A DNA stretch of 64,000 nt from Candidatus Heimdallarchaeota archaeon (GCA_019894795.1 JAGXNV010000001.1:10996-74995); one strand, 5' to 3'. Shown: positions 37,414 to 47,334, counted from the stretch's first letter. The notes: generated by a model from the sequence alone, not told the origin. A program made the numbers and translations.

Positions 37414-37583
37414 CTCTTAAAAAATGAGATTAAAATTCTTTTCAAAGAATAGCGATTTGGTCTGTCACCTATAAAATGTTTGAAATAGAAAAAGTCGGGG
37501 AATGTCAATACCAGTCCAAGTTATCACGCTCAATATTCTATACAAAAAAATCTTTATAAGATTATCTAACAGAAAGGGTGAAG

Positions 37584-39005
37584 ATGAACACTTGGGAAAA
37601 TAGTTATCTAGAAGCGTCTAAATTAGTTGACAATACTACTATCAATTCCAAGGGTGTTTTATTAGGATTTAATGTCAACTTAGACAAAGTTATAGAGTTA
37701 AATCCTGTGTCATTTGCAAATGTCTTAAGAAAAACAGAGGATATTGGCAATCTATACGCTGATCACTTACCTAGCAAAATCGCAACAATTAAGGATTTAT
37801 TTGTGTGCTTAATCCATTCTATTAAGGAAGGAAAAGCAAATGAAGTGCTTATTAGTTCTGAAGAAGTTGCTAAATGGATAGAGAATACTTTTGTTATTTC
37901 AAGAACTGTAATTGGTGGACAAGCTGGTATAATGGCAAATTTGTTGAAAGCTGTACAGATAACTCCTGTTCTACTTAGCACTCCAATTGCAAGTACGAGA
38001 TTACTTGAACTATTAGATCCCTCCATAATAGTACCTGGTGCAAGTTATCCCAGTTCATCTTTAAAATCAGGAGAAGGAATTGATAAAATCGAGCAAATAA
38101 CCCACTATGTCTTTGAATTCAGTGAGGGTCAATATGATTTAGGAAACAAAGTAATTAAATGCTTGAGATCAAATCGTTTTATAGGCTCATATGACAAAGT
38201 AAATTCATTGTTGGCGTTTTCCGATGAATTTAGAGAATATAGTGAAAGTAACATTTTAAATTTCTCCCTTGGTGTTATTTCGGGATTTCATCTAATTGAT
38301 ACAGAACTTCATCCTTCAAAGTCTTTTTCTGAAATTTTTAAACCAGTTTTGCATTTGATAAAGAAATGGAAAGAAAGAAACCCAAAGTTAATTATACATC
38401 TTGAACTTGCTGCGGTAAATGATGTGGATTTGAAAAACAAAATAGTAAGTTATCTCTTTCCTCTAGTAAATTCTATTGGATTAAATGAGCAAGAGCTTAT
38501 ATCCTATTTGAGTAGCATTGATGCCACGCTTTCGAACAGCATCAAATTCGAATTATCTTCAGTTAGTCTTTTCAGGGGTATACATGCTATTTTTTCCAGG
38601 TACCCTCATCTTAGAATACATCTTCATTATCTTAATTATAATTTAATTCTGTCACCATTAATATCAGAAGACACCATCCTTCTAAGAAAAAACAGTCTGA
38701 TGATTTCTTCAATTTTTGCAGCAGTAAAAGCAAAAAACGGACTTATTAAAGGAAGAAAGGATGTTACTGAGATAGATTACAACGTCTCAAAAACGGGTTT
38801 AGAGGAATTACAAAGACTAGATACTTACCTCAAGAACGAATTTAATGGAGAAGAATCTTTGTTAAAAAAAGGTTATCTGATAACTGAATCCTTTGCAATT
38901 TTTGGCATCCCTACCATTGTCATCCCTTCTCCGAAGCAATTAACAGGTCTTGGAGATACTATTTCCTTAACATCAATTCTGTTTGAAATGGTTGAATCTA
39001 AGTAG
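37584..39005 (+). CDS. ADP-dependent sugar kinase (ADP-GK/ADP-PFK family)
   Basis: GGQAGIMANLL is present, and the C-terminal motif is TGLGDTISL. The length is about 470 aa. A GGGTGA Shine-Dalgarno sequence precedes the ATG at 37584. Confidence 0.75.
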   Translation: MNTWENSYLEASKLVDNTTINSKGVLLGFNVNLDKVIELNPVSFANVLRKTEDIGNLYADHLPSKIATIKDLFVCLIHSIKEGKANEVLISSEEVAKWIENTFVISRTVIGGQAGIMANLLKAVQITPVLLSTPIASTRLLELLDPSIIVPGASYPSSSLKSGEGIDKIEQITHYVFEFSEGQYDLGNKVIKCLRSNRFIGSYDKVNSLLAFSDEFREYSESNILNFSLGVISGFHLIDTELHPSKSFSEIFKPVLHLIKKWKERNPKLIIHLELAAVNDVDLKNKIVSYLFPLVNSIGLNEQELISYLSSIDATLSNSIKFELSSVSLFRGIHAIFSRYPHLRIHLHYLNYNLILSPLISEDTILLRKNSLMISSIFAAVKAKNGLIKGRKDVTEIDYNVSKTGLEELQRLDTYLKNEFNGEESLLKKGYLITESFAIFGIPTIVIPSPKQLTGLGDTISLTSILFEMVESK

Positions 39006-39123
39006 TTGAAAGACCCTATCTTACAAATTTTCAAAGAATATGAATTGATTTCTCGGTGTTTAAATAACTTCTTCAAATTAATATAATAAGTTTCTATTCA
39101 GATTAACAGATTATAAGTTGACG

Positions 39124-40527
39124 ATGATAATGGTTGTGAGATATCTTTCTAATGAAAAACAGAATTCTATCGATTGGAAGCAAAATAATGATAGAATCAC
39201 AATGCAAATCTTTGAGATTAATTCAAATGGAAATAAGGATCAGCTTGTAAATTTATTAACGGAGTTAAAATCAAAGAACCTTATGTTCTCTATTAAAATC
39301 TCAAAAAAGAGCCAGTTTCTATTGATATATTCTTATAATAATTCAAAGAATAATTTGAATGAATCAGATTTAATTGAGCATTTGACGAAAACCTATCCCT
39401 TACAATCCGCAGTAAATGCAGATGAGTTTTTCACTAAGCCTGTAAAGAAAGTAGTTCAACATGAAAATATTCTCCAGCTTAACTTGGAAAATGGGAAACA
39501 ATCTTATGCTCTTTGCTATCTGCTCTCATCAATAGTTCTGGATTCCCAGACCTTTCCAAAGCGTTTTACTAATTTTATAATTGATTTGATAAGAGCTGAT
39601 ATATTTTCGGTAGTTATTTCATCAATCCCTTTAAAGAGTAAAGTTTTACAAAACCAACCAAGATGGGGATTACTGCTTCTTGCACAAGATGATAATCGAA
39701 GTTTGGTAGTGAAAAAAGAGAAATTGTTCCATAGATTTCTAAATACAAATTCTACAAAATTGAATTGCAAATTATCCCTTATAACAAAAAAAGATTTTGT
39801 GAGACATAGAACAAATTTTAGGTATCTTGTTCCTTGGCAATATATCAACGGTGACTTCACAGATAAAGTCGAAATTAAAAAATTATTCGGTATTGAGATT
39901 TCTAGTATAGTTCCACCTACTGATCATTATACGCAAGCTACCAATGAGATTCAGCAAGAAGCTCTTCAAAAGAAGCCTGAAAGCGCAGAAAGTAGGTTGG
40001 TTAGACCGCCTTTTCCATCAGTGAAAACACCTCTTCCTAATAGTCAAGAACCAGTTTATGCGTCTTCGAAACTAGAGATAAAATCTACTAAACCTAAGAA
40101 AAAGAGGAAAACCTATTTGATAAGCAACCTCAATGATATAGCCATCCCGGTACCAAAAGCAATGAACGTTGTATTTGATATAGAATATTTGAAAGTGCGA
40201 ATAAATAAAATGTTTAAAGACTTTGAATTCAAAGAAACAGTGATTTTTGAAGATAACTTTGACTTAGTTCTTCGGAAAGATTCTTTCTATATATTTGTTA
40301 AGTTCTATAAGGAGATTCTTAACCAAACAGATGCTAACAGAGTAATTGAAAACTTAAGTAGCATTGCTGGATTGAGGAATCAATTCTTGTGCATTGTTGT
40401 TGCTGATACTATTGAAGAGAATTCCATGAAAATACTAAATGAGTTCAATGTACTTCATTTAACTTTAAATGACGTTCTGCTTGAAGACACATTAAAGAGC
40501 AAAATATACAATACTATTCTAACATAG
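39124..40527 (+). CDS. hypothetical protein
   Basis: This is a 467-aa ORF. The middle linker is Pro/Lys-rich. The C-terminal ~130 aa (FEDNFDLVLRKDSFYIFVKFYKE...FLCIVVAD...NVLHLTL) has an alternating strand/helix pattern reminiscent of Mrr/NERD-like nuclease folds, but no clear catalytic acid is visible. Confidence 0.4.
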   Translation: MIMVVRYLSNEKQNSIDWKQNNDRITMQIFEINSNGNKDQLVNLLTELKSKNLMFSIKISKKSQFLLIYSYNNSKNNLNESDLIEHLTKTYPLQSAVNADEFFTKPVKKVVQHENILQLNLENGKQSYALCYLLSSIVLDSQTFPKRFTNFIIDLIRADIFSVVISSIPLKSKVLQNQPRWGLLLLAQDDNRSLVVKKEKLFHRFLNTNSTKLNCKLSLITKKDFVRHRTNFRYLVPWQYINGDFTDKVEIKKLFGIEISSIVPPTDHYTQATNEIQQEALQKKPESAESRLVRPPFPSVKTPLPNSQEPVYASSKLEIKSTKPKKKRKTYLISNLNDIAIPVPKAMNVVFDIEYLKVRINKMFKDFEFKETVIFEDNFDLVLRKDSFYIFVKFYKEILNQTDANRVIENLSSIAGLRNQFLCIVVADTIEENSMKILNEFNVLHLTLNDVLLEDTLKSKIYNTILT

Positions 40528-40669
40528 AAACCAGAACACACTTTACTCCCATTGTTTAAATGTTTAATATATACTGTATTTAAATTTTCTTTGGGAATTG
40601 TTTGATACATTCACTTCACAGTTTGTGTATTACAGAAAGTTATCAGTCATAAAGATAAGAGTCATCATT

Positions 40670-41065
40670 ATGGGGGCAAAATCAAAATTAATAACTTTGT
40701 ATATCGCTAGTATTGTTAAAAAATACTTGCCAAAAAATGAGGAAATTATTCATAGCAGCCTATTTCTAATCTCTACTAAAGAAGAAAGACTGAAAATTCC
40801 TGATTGGTATCATAATGGCTATTCAGTAATTTCGGAAACCGTATCCAGTTATCTCCAAACACTTTGTATGGAAAAAACGCTTAAATTTACAAATGATGGC
40901 ATGTACTTATTTGTTGAAAATCAAGAAAAAATTACAAGTGAAGATCTCAAAAGTGCGGTTTCTAATGTTGATCATATATTATCAGATTGTGATTCAGGAA
41001 TAAAAATATTAAAAGAAGCCAATAGAGAGTTCAAACTACAACATTTTGGCATTGTTGGACAATAG
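40670..41065 (+). CDS. hypothetical protein
   Basis: This is a 131-aa ORF from the ATG at 40670, co-directional with the preceding gene. A winged-helix segment is possible (VSSYLQTLCMEKTLKFTNDGMYLF). Confidence 0.35.
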   Translation: MGAKSKLITLYIASIVKKYLPKNEEIIHSSLFLISTKEERLKIPDWYHNGYSVISETVSSYLQTLCMEKTLKFTNDGMYLFVENQEKITSEDLKSAVSNVDHILSDCDSGIKILKEANREFKLQHFGIVGQ

Positions 41066-41067
41066 CA

Positions 41068-42444
41068 TTAGTATGATGTTACAGAAATATCTCTTTCTTT
41101 ATCTTCGACACTAGGTCGAATTTTCTTCCATATGTCTGATATTATATTGGATTCGTCTGGATGAGCATATACTCGAACAAGTGTAAACAAGGAACGATAT
41201 GCTCTAGGTCCTGAGAATGTTGTAATATACGTTGTAGTGTTGAGAGCCTCATTTAATGTAAATGAACTACTTCCTGAACGTATGCGGTCGTGAGGGTCGT
41301 AAATATAAATATTGGAAGCTTGAAATTCTTGTTCGTTAATGGTTGAAAGCTTGTATGTGGAGTCTATTTTCATCTTATTCTCAAGCGAGAGGTTATTTTC
41401 TTTACAATATTGGTCAATTCTTTTAATGAATGACTCTTGGGCAGTCAGTTTACACAGACCTTCAACGGTAATTCCTAGATTTTCAGCAGTTGATTCATCT
41501 ATGATTTTTTCCCAAACTGACTTATAGAGACGTCTATCAAAGAGATCCTTAGCAAGTTGTTTTGCTTTTTTGAGATCATCTAATTCCTTTGAGAAAATCT
41601 CTCCAATGAGCGTGTATTCATTTAAATAAGTATATTCAGCTAAATCATTAGTACGTTCTATAAGATTCAATGGTTCACATGCTTCTCTTAACATCTCATG
41701 GATGGTAATATCGGCTGCTCTTGCAGTTTTGTGGAAATAGACATTTTTGTATTCAAAAAACCTGCCAATTAATGAGGAATAAATGTCATCTAAACATTTC
41801 CAGTTGTAGTGAATGGCATCTTTATCGAGATGTTTTCTTATAGTTGTGTTATTAATGATTCTATTTACTGCAATAATCCCAAAGTGCAGTGTTCCTGCAA
41901 AGAATGAATCTCTAAGCATGAAATCTAAACGATCTGCACCTAAAGCTCCTTGAATTAGAGGGTGTAATAGATAATCCTCACCATTCCAAATCTGCATTAG
42001 TTTTTTCGGTTCGGTGAATTCTTCTATTATTGGTAGTAGAAATTCTGACATCACCATCTTATCACGATGTACATCATGACCATGAGGTGCTTTAGGATAT
42101 ACTTGTTTGAAAACAACATCATCATAAGTATGACTGAATGGTCCATGACCTATATCATGGAGCAATCCTGCAATACGTGCTAATTGCACCTTCTCAACAA
42201 CATCATCATCTTTTCTAAATACTTCTTCAGTATATCTACCAGCTAAATGCATGACTCCAACGCTGTGTGTAAATCGAGTATGAACGGCTGAAGGATATAC
42301 TTGACGAACACCTGATAATTGGCTAATCCATCTTAATCTTTGAAAAATTGGTGTGTCAACAATTTTGTTTTCTAATTCCGTCATCCGTATTTCGTCGTAT
42401 ATAGGATCCCTTATTGTTCGGATGAAGTTTAGAACGTTCTTCAT
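41068..42444 (-). CDS. HD-domain dNTP triphosphohydrolase-like protein (dGTPase/SAMHD1 family)
   Basis: Motifs present: RFTHSVGVMHLAG, LLHDIGHGPFSH, GADRLDFMLRDS. Confidence 0.75.
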   Translation of the reverse strand: MKNVLNFIRTIRDPIYDEIRMTELENKIVDTPIFQRLRWISQLSGVRQVYPSAVHTRFTHSVGVMHLAGRYTEEVFRKDDDVVEKVQLARIAGLLHDIGHGPFSHTYDDVVFKQVYPKAPHGHDVHRDKMVMSEFLLPIIEEFTEPKKLMQIWNGEDYLLHPLIQGALGADRLDFMLRDSFFAGTLHFGIIAVNRIINNTTIRKHLDKDAIHYNWKCLDDIYSSLIGRFFEYKNVYFHKTARAADITIHEMLREACEPLNLIERTNDLAEYTYLNEYTLIGEIFSKELDDLKKAKQLAKDLFDRRLYKSVWEKIIDESTAENLGITVEGLCKLTAQESFIKRIDQYCKENNLSLENKMKIDSTYKLSTINEQEFQASNIYIYDPHDRIRSGSSSFTLNEALNTTTYITTFSGPRAYRSLFTLVRVYAHPDESNIISDIWKKIRPSVEDKERDISVTSY

Positions 42445-42596
42445 ATCAATTCCTCTTTATTTATCTATTGTTTATTTAATATTACAACCTTTTAATCTTT
42501 TTCCTCTTGCCCAAAACCACGACAAAAAAAGTATTGGCGCCTCTAATGGCGAAAATCAATTATTAAATATGTGGCTTTCAATCATGAAAATATTAT

Positions 42597-42673
42597 TGGT
42601 GGACCGACCGGGATTTGAACCCGGGGCCTCTTCATTGCGAACGAAGCGATCTGCCAGTCTGATCTATCGACCC
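42597..42673 (-). tRNA. tRNA-Ala (anticodon CGC), CCA encoded
   Basis: Hand fold: acceptor GGGTCGA/TCGGTCC including the G3:U70 identity pair, D stem GATC/GATC, anticodon stem CTTCG/TGAAG with loop TTCGCAA, T arm CCGGG-TTCAAAT-CCCGG, discriminator A, then CCA. Confidence 0.9.
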
Positions 42674-42786
42674 ACTCTTAATGTATTCTCTCTAATTGTG
42701 AACTTTATTCTTTAGACAACCTAGTTGATGATTATACCGCGCAATATTGATTATTTAATGAGAAAAAGAAAAGGTTGATGGTTAAA

Positions 42787-43200
42787 CTAAGAAGCTGGTT
42801 TGACTCTCATGATTTTTCTTTTACCTATGGCATTCCAATATTCAACTTCAGCTCCTTCTGAGAGTATTTTTCTCAGTTCTTCTTCAGTTGGAAGTGCAGC
42901 TTCAAATGTATTATAGGTTTCAAGATCCATTAATTGAACGCTATCATCACTTAGAGAGATAACTTGTGCGTTTCTTTTGTCAATAATGGGGGATTGCAGT
43001 TTTGTGTCACCAGGAATAGAGATTTCCGTTTTGCTACCGGTGAAAATGTTTTCAATCTTCAGTCTACACTTAGAACTTCCGTGTTTTCCGGTTTTAGATT
43101 TTTCAATTCCACGAACTAGAAAAACCTCGTTATTTTGAATTATATAGTAACCTTCTTTGACTTGACCAGCTTTAATTGGTGTAACATCTTGTTCTGACAT
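42787..43200 (-). CDS. eif5a: translation initiation factor 5A (aIF5A)
   Basis: The hypusine-loop motif is SKTGKHGSSKCRL. The ATG at 43200 gives an N-terminus MSEQDVTPIKAGQVKEG. Confidence 0.9.
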   Translation of the reverse strand: MSEQDVTPIKAGQVKEGYYIIQNNEVFLVRGIEKSKTGKHGSSKCRLKIENIFTGSKTEISIPGDTKLQSPIIDKRNAQVISLSDDSVQLMDLETYNTFEAALPTEEELRKILSEGAEVEYWNAIGKRKIMRVKPAS

Positions 43201-43466
43201 ATATTTCTCCTCTTTTTTTTTGATTTTGGTAACTATTCTAAACAATGAATTTCTACATTACATGTTAAGGAGTACCATATATATGATTATTAATCTTGTT
43301 TTATTTTCATTATATTTAAAGGATTTTGGTTTTATTCTCACTGTAAAATGATTTTATGGTTAAATGGTTATATATAATCAAATCCTAATGTTGCGAAATA
43401 GAAAATTAGAATTTTAATAAGATATATATTGAAAAACAGCGGATAAAAGAAGAAGGAAGAAAAATA

Positions 43467-43910
43467 TTATCTTTGGGGTTTAGCTTTACGACCAGTTACT
43501 AATTGACTAACAGCAACTCCATTAACGTGTGTAACTTGCCATTTAACTCCAGGAATATCACCCATAGCTCCCTTTTGTGCTCCTCCAATACTGCATACAA
43601 GAACTTCATCATGTTCATCAATATATAGAAGGCCTCCATCATGAGGAACAAAGGCACCTACTTGTTTTCCATTTTTGGTTAGCCTTACCCTAACACATTT
43701 TCGTAAAGCGGAATTAGGTTGTTTACTTTCAACACCATATTTCTCAACAACAATTCCTCTTGCAGCTGGACTACCTTCAAGTGGATCAGTTTTCTTATCT
43801 AATCTTAACATTCTTCGTTTGTAATGAATATCCTTCCAGCGAAAATGCTTTCTCTTGTTTGATAGTTTTCGTGCAGCAAATTCTCCTTTTGGACTTTTTG
43901 AACCTGTCAT
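43467..43910 (-). CDS. rps12: 30S ribosomal protein uS12
   Basis: [27 protein letters not shown] and the C-terminal basic tail match uS12. An AGTGAT Shine-Dalgarno sequence lies upstream. Confidence 0.95.
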   Translation of the reverse strand: MTGSKSPKGEFAARKLSNKRKHFRWKDIHYKRRMLRLDKKTDPLEGSPAARGIVVEKYGVESKQPNSALRKCVRVRLTKNGKQVGAFVPHDGGLLYIDEHDEVLVCSIGGAQKGAMGDIPGVKWQVTHVNGVAVSQLVTGRKAKPQR

Positions 43911-44120
43911 CGTTTTATCACTTATTAAACATCAATTATGAATACAGAGACTAAACTAATCGTGTCTTTTTTATACTCTCAAGTCTTCCCTCTTGAATTT
44001 TATTAAAAAACTTTTGATGCTCAACATAATTCTGTATGTGATTTTTTGTAAAATAATAATATTGTTTTAAGCTCTTGCCATCATAAAAAAATGAATACTA
44101 AAAAATACTCCACTGTATTC

Positions 44121-45506
44121 TTATACTCGCGTTTTTCTGCCTACCCACTTTAGAAAAATATCCCAATTATACTGAACATCACTGGAAACATCACTAGAAA
44201 AACTCACACTCTTTGTATCCTTTTTTAGCTTAGAGATGATTTCTTTAAGATAAGAGTTGTAGTTTGGGAAAAGCTTTATTGATTCCTTTTCAGGTTTAAT
44301 TCTCCAGTGCTTTACAGATTTACTAGGGGCCTTCATATTTGCTAAGCCAAGCGAAACATTTTCTTCAAATTTTCTAATGATACCATCTGTATGTTGAGCT
44401 ATGTATCTGATTTTTACTGCACTATTTTTTAGTATCTCTAATTTATCTATCTTGAGTTCCCATCCTTCTACCCTTAGACTACCATATCCGACAGAAGGCA
44501 ATCCATGATAATTCTTCTTATATAATTTGAGAAAATCAAAGATAGCAGATGTAAACATTTGCCATTGATAGTAGTATTCAGAAATGCAAAAGATGAAGTT
44601 TTTAACCCCAAATAGAAGATTATCAGAAATCGATAAGCAAGATTCTTTGGAGTTTTCTAAGTAATCAATAAAAGCTAACATCTTCAAATCAGAACTAAAA
44701 ACCTGTTTCATTCTTTTGATGTATTCTAATTTTGCTGAACTAGCGTTAATATTTTTCTCAGTACCAGCACTTCTTAGGAAGAATATCTTGAATTTTCCTC
44801 GTTCGATTCGATAATCAATAGGAAAGCTGCCTAAAATCCTTTCATTTATGTGGGGATATTGTTGTATTATATCATAAGGTTTTAGCATAAAATTCACATA
44901 TGGATCTCGTACATTAATTGAAGAATCTAAGTTCCATTTAATTGGCTTGAATTTTGAATCAAGAAAAACAAGAGCTCGATAATCTAGGTTTTTGTTCCCT
45001 GAACCAACAAACATTCTCATAGGTAGCCCTTCGGGCGATGTGAAAATCCTTAGAAATAGCATCATTGCTACAATTGATATATCCGGCGTGTTTTTGTTTG
45101 TGGTTCTATTGATGAGGGTTACCAATTCTTTTTTTAACAGAGTGTTACTTTTCAATTCTAGTACATTGGTTAGGGAATTATTGCCCATTACTTTTAGGAA
45201 TAATTTGTGTAGAGCAATATTATTTCCCAATTGTATGTCTGTATCCGCTCTTTGATCAAACTGGTTTTTGAATGGAAAATACCATGAATGTATTGAATCA
45301 TAGGGTGTTGTTGTAAACAATTGTTCTTTTGAGGATAACCAACATTCATATTTTCTAGGTGAAGTGTTTCCTAATATAATTGATGTTTTTACTTTTCGAT
45401 TTTTAAGAATTTCAAAATTTTGAAATTGAGAAAGTAAGCCATTAAAGACTAAATTAGCCATTTCGGCATACTTAATTAGAAAAGCATCTTCGTGCTGAAA
45501 AATCAT
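44121..45506 (-). CDS. hypothetical protein (orphan cassette gene 4)
   Basis: This is a 461-aa ORF with no Walker, RT, recombinase or Cys-cluster motif. A single Rx4H occurs (RYIAQH). A 75-nt gap separates it from the preceding ORF. Confidence 0.5.
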   Translation of the reverse strand: MIFQHEDAFLIKYAEMANLVFNGLLSQFQNFEILKNRKVKTSIILGNTSPRKYECWLSSKEQLFTTTPYDSIHSWYFPFKNQFDQRADTDIQLGNNIALHKLFLKVMGNNSLTNVLELKSNTLLKKELVTLINRTTNKNTPDISIVAMMLFLRIFTSPEGLPMRMFVGSGNKNLDYRALVFLDSKFKPIKWNLDSSINVRDPYVNFMLKPYDIIQQYPHINERILGSFPIDYRIERGKFKIFFLRSAGTEKNINASSAKLEYIKRMKQVFSSDLKMLAFIDYLENSKESCLSISDNLLFGVKNFIFCISEYYYQWQMFTSAIFDFLKLYKKNYHGLPSVGYGSLRVEGWELKIDKLEILKNSAVKIRYIAQHTDGIIRKFEENVSLGLANMKAPSKSVKHWRIKPEKESIKLFPNYNSYLKEIISKLKKDTKSVSFSSDVSSDVQYNWDIFLKWVGRKTRV

Positions 45507-45581
45507 GAGTATGTCATCTATATGTCTCTGTTTTACAAAATTAATACTATCTCGAATGTTTTTATCTACTAATTTGTATAA

Positions 45582-45998
45582 TTACCACTTCAGAGGATTT
45601 CTTCTTCGATCTATTCCATTTTCTTTTAATAAATCATCTGAGAACCCTTCAAAATCTAAATAACCCCCCTGAGAATCATATGATATTTTGAGATGAAATG
45701 CGCTCCCCATTATATTTATGGGTAATTCAGTGTTTTCATGTTGTATTTGAAGCATTACTGAATCTTTGATTCCCCTCTCATCAAATGCTTTAAGCGCTCC
45801 ATGCTGAATTAATGAATAAAGTTTTGCTTGACTTTTAATCGCTTCATAGAGGCTATTGGCATCTTTCACTCCAATTCTTAGAACTAAACTATTATAGAAC
45901 TCTGGTGAATTTTCAAGTTTGTGTAGTAAATGTTGACCAATTGTATCAGAACATGTTAATCTCCGTTCAGTTAATGACAATGTAATCTTGCGAATCAA
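45582..45998 (-). CDS. hypothetical protein (orphan cassette gene 3)
   Basis: This is a 138-aa ORF whose start overlaps the upstream ORF stop by 4 nt. Confidence 0.45.
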   Translation of the reverse strand: MIRKITLSLTERRLTCSDTIGQHLLHKLENSPEFYNSLVLRIGVKDANSLYEAIKSQAKLYSLIQHGALKAFDERGIKDSVMLQIQHENTELPINIMGSAFHLKISYDSQGGYLDFEGFSDDLLKENGIDRRRNPLKW

Positions 45999-46726
45999 TT
46001 CGTTGTTGATATTACCCCCGATTCTAGTGCTATATGGAAGTGTTTTCCATAGTGATGAGACATTGTTTTTATTAAATAATCATTAAAATCTCTTAACGAT
46101 TCATATTTTTCAATTCGTTTTATTAAATCGTATGCACCCGATTGTACCTTTAACTCTCCAAAATTTACATTATATTGGGTTTCTTCTTTTGTTATAAAAT
46201 ATAAATCAATACCATATTCATTTGGTCTCCTTTTCATTGTATGAGAATCTATAATAATATCTTTTGAATTGTTTTTCTTGACATTGTAGTAAGCTCTATG
46301 GAACTGATCTGAATTCTTATTGACTTTTAGCCACGCTTTAATCCAATATTCATCCATATTTTGAGAATTTATGTAGATCATGCCTTTGTCTAATCCAGAC
46401 ATTTTAGCTAAATATTTTACATAAACATCAGTTTCTTCTTCTGTTAATTCATGTCTGAGCTTATAAAATTCCATTATTGATTTTTTATTCTTTTCAAGGA
46501 ATTTGAATGTATTTTCACCTATATTCTTAGAATCAAGGACATTTTGATATTCTGTAAAAAGCATATTGTTTATATCAATTAAATTTTGTTCAAATATTAA
46601 CCGAGCTAAATTAATATCACCAGTAAATATACTCCTTTCAATGGAAGATACAATGCTTTTCCATCGTTTATTTGCAGTTGATCCATGTTTAGTTATGTGC
46701 TCCCAATCAGTATTTGGGAAAATCAT
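45995..46726 (-). CDS. hypothetical protein with a possible PD-(D/E)xK nuclease core (orphan cassette gene 2)
   Basis: This is a 243-aa ORF. GIDLYFITKEETQYNVNFGELKVQ gives a D-x16-E-x-K spacing. An AGGT Shine-Dalgarno-like element lies upstream. Confidence 0.45.
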   Translation of the reverse strand: MIFPNTDWEHITKHGSTANKRWKSIVSSIERSIFTGDINLARLIFEQNLIDINNMLFTEYQNVLDSKNIGENTFKFLEKNKKSIMEFYKLRHELTEEETDVYVKYLAKMSGLDKGMIYINSQNMDEYWIKAWLKVNKNSDQFHRAYYNVKKNNSKDIIIDSHTMKRRPNEYGIDLYFITKEETQYNVNFGELKVQSGAYDLIKRIEKYESLRDFNDYLIKTMSHHYGKHFHIALESGVISTTN

Positions 46727-46761
46727 AGCTTTTACCTGTTCTATTACATCTAATTGAGCTT

Positions 46762-47301
46762 TCAGTAAATCGTTTCTAGATGCTGCTTTATTTCTTGTAA
46801 AATTTTGCGGATATCTTGCTCAATTGTTTGTGTACTCTTGTTCTTGAAATATGATATATTTTTTAAATTTCTTATTTCTAAGGCTCCAATTCCATTATTA
46901 GTTAATCTAGTAGATTGATCCTGTAAATAATCATCACTGTTTGAACATGACCTCTCTGTGTTAGAAGATTGAGATAAAATTGTTTGTACACCTTTCTTCT
47001 TTTCTACAACTGTATCTTGATTTTCATTATTAAACCACACATTTTCATGTTCTGATTTTTCAAATAATTTATCTTGTTTTAGTTGTGTACTCGATAGCTC
47101 CAAACCATTAAGATCTGACAGCGTTAAGTGTGAAAGATCTGGCAATTTAGATTTTTTTTGAATTTTTGATATTTGCTTCTTTATCTGAATTATGTTTATC
47201 AGTTCTTCATCTATTTTGCTTTTCAATTCTTCATAAAATTCATCGCTAACTCCTTTCAGATTATTTTTTACTTCAACTTCAGTAATTCCAGCTTTTGCCA
47301 T
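46762..47301 (-). CDS. hypothetical coiled-coil / low-complexity protein (orphan cassette gene 1)
   Basis: The ORF is 179 aa from the ATG at 47301, or 186 aa from the TTG at 47322. The N-terminal half is Lys/Glu-rich heptad-like and the C-terminal half is Ser/Asn/Gln-rich. Confidence 0.4.
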   Translation of the reverse strand: MAKAGITEVEVKNNLKGVSDEFYEELKSKIDEELINIIQIKKQISKIQKKSKLPDLSHLTLSDLNGLELSSTQLKQDKLFEKSEHENVWFNNENQDTVVEKKKGVQTILSQSSNTERSCSNSDDYLQDQSTRLTNNGIGALEIRNLKNISYFKNKSTQTIEQDIRKILQEIKQHLETIY

Positions 47302-47326
47302 TTTCAACTTATTATCCTTCAATTCG

Positions 47327-47334
47327 TATTTAAA
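47327..47334 (-). promoter_or_regulatory. TATA-box-like element for the orphan cassette
   Basis: The minus strand reads TTTAAATA, centred about 29 nt upstream of the ATG at 47301. This spacing fits a leaderless transcript. Confidence 0.4.

Noticed and set aside
42353-42715. A 120-aa plus-strand ORF in the track.
   Set aside because: It overlaps the 5' end of the HD-domain gene in antisense and runs through the tRNA-Ala gene (42597-42673). It is a spurious reading frame.
45200-45320. An Rx4H motif (RYIAQH) in the 461-aa orphan protein, as possible evidence for a HEPN RNase.
   Set aside because: A single Rx4H occurs frequently by chance, it lacks the usual polar residue after the Arg, and no helical HEPN context can be verified by eye. 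I keep it only as a weak hint in the cassette finding. The coordinates given are approximate.
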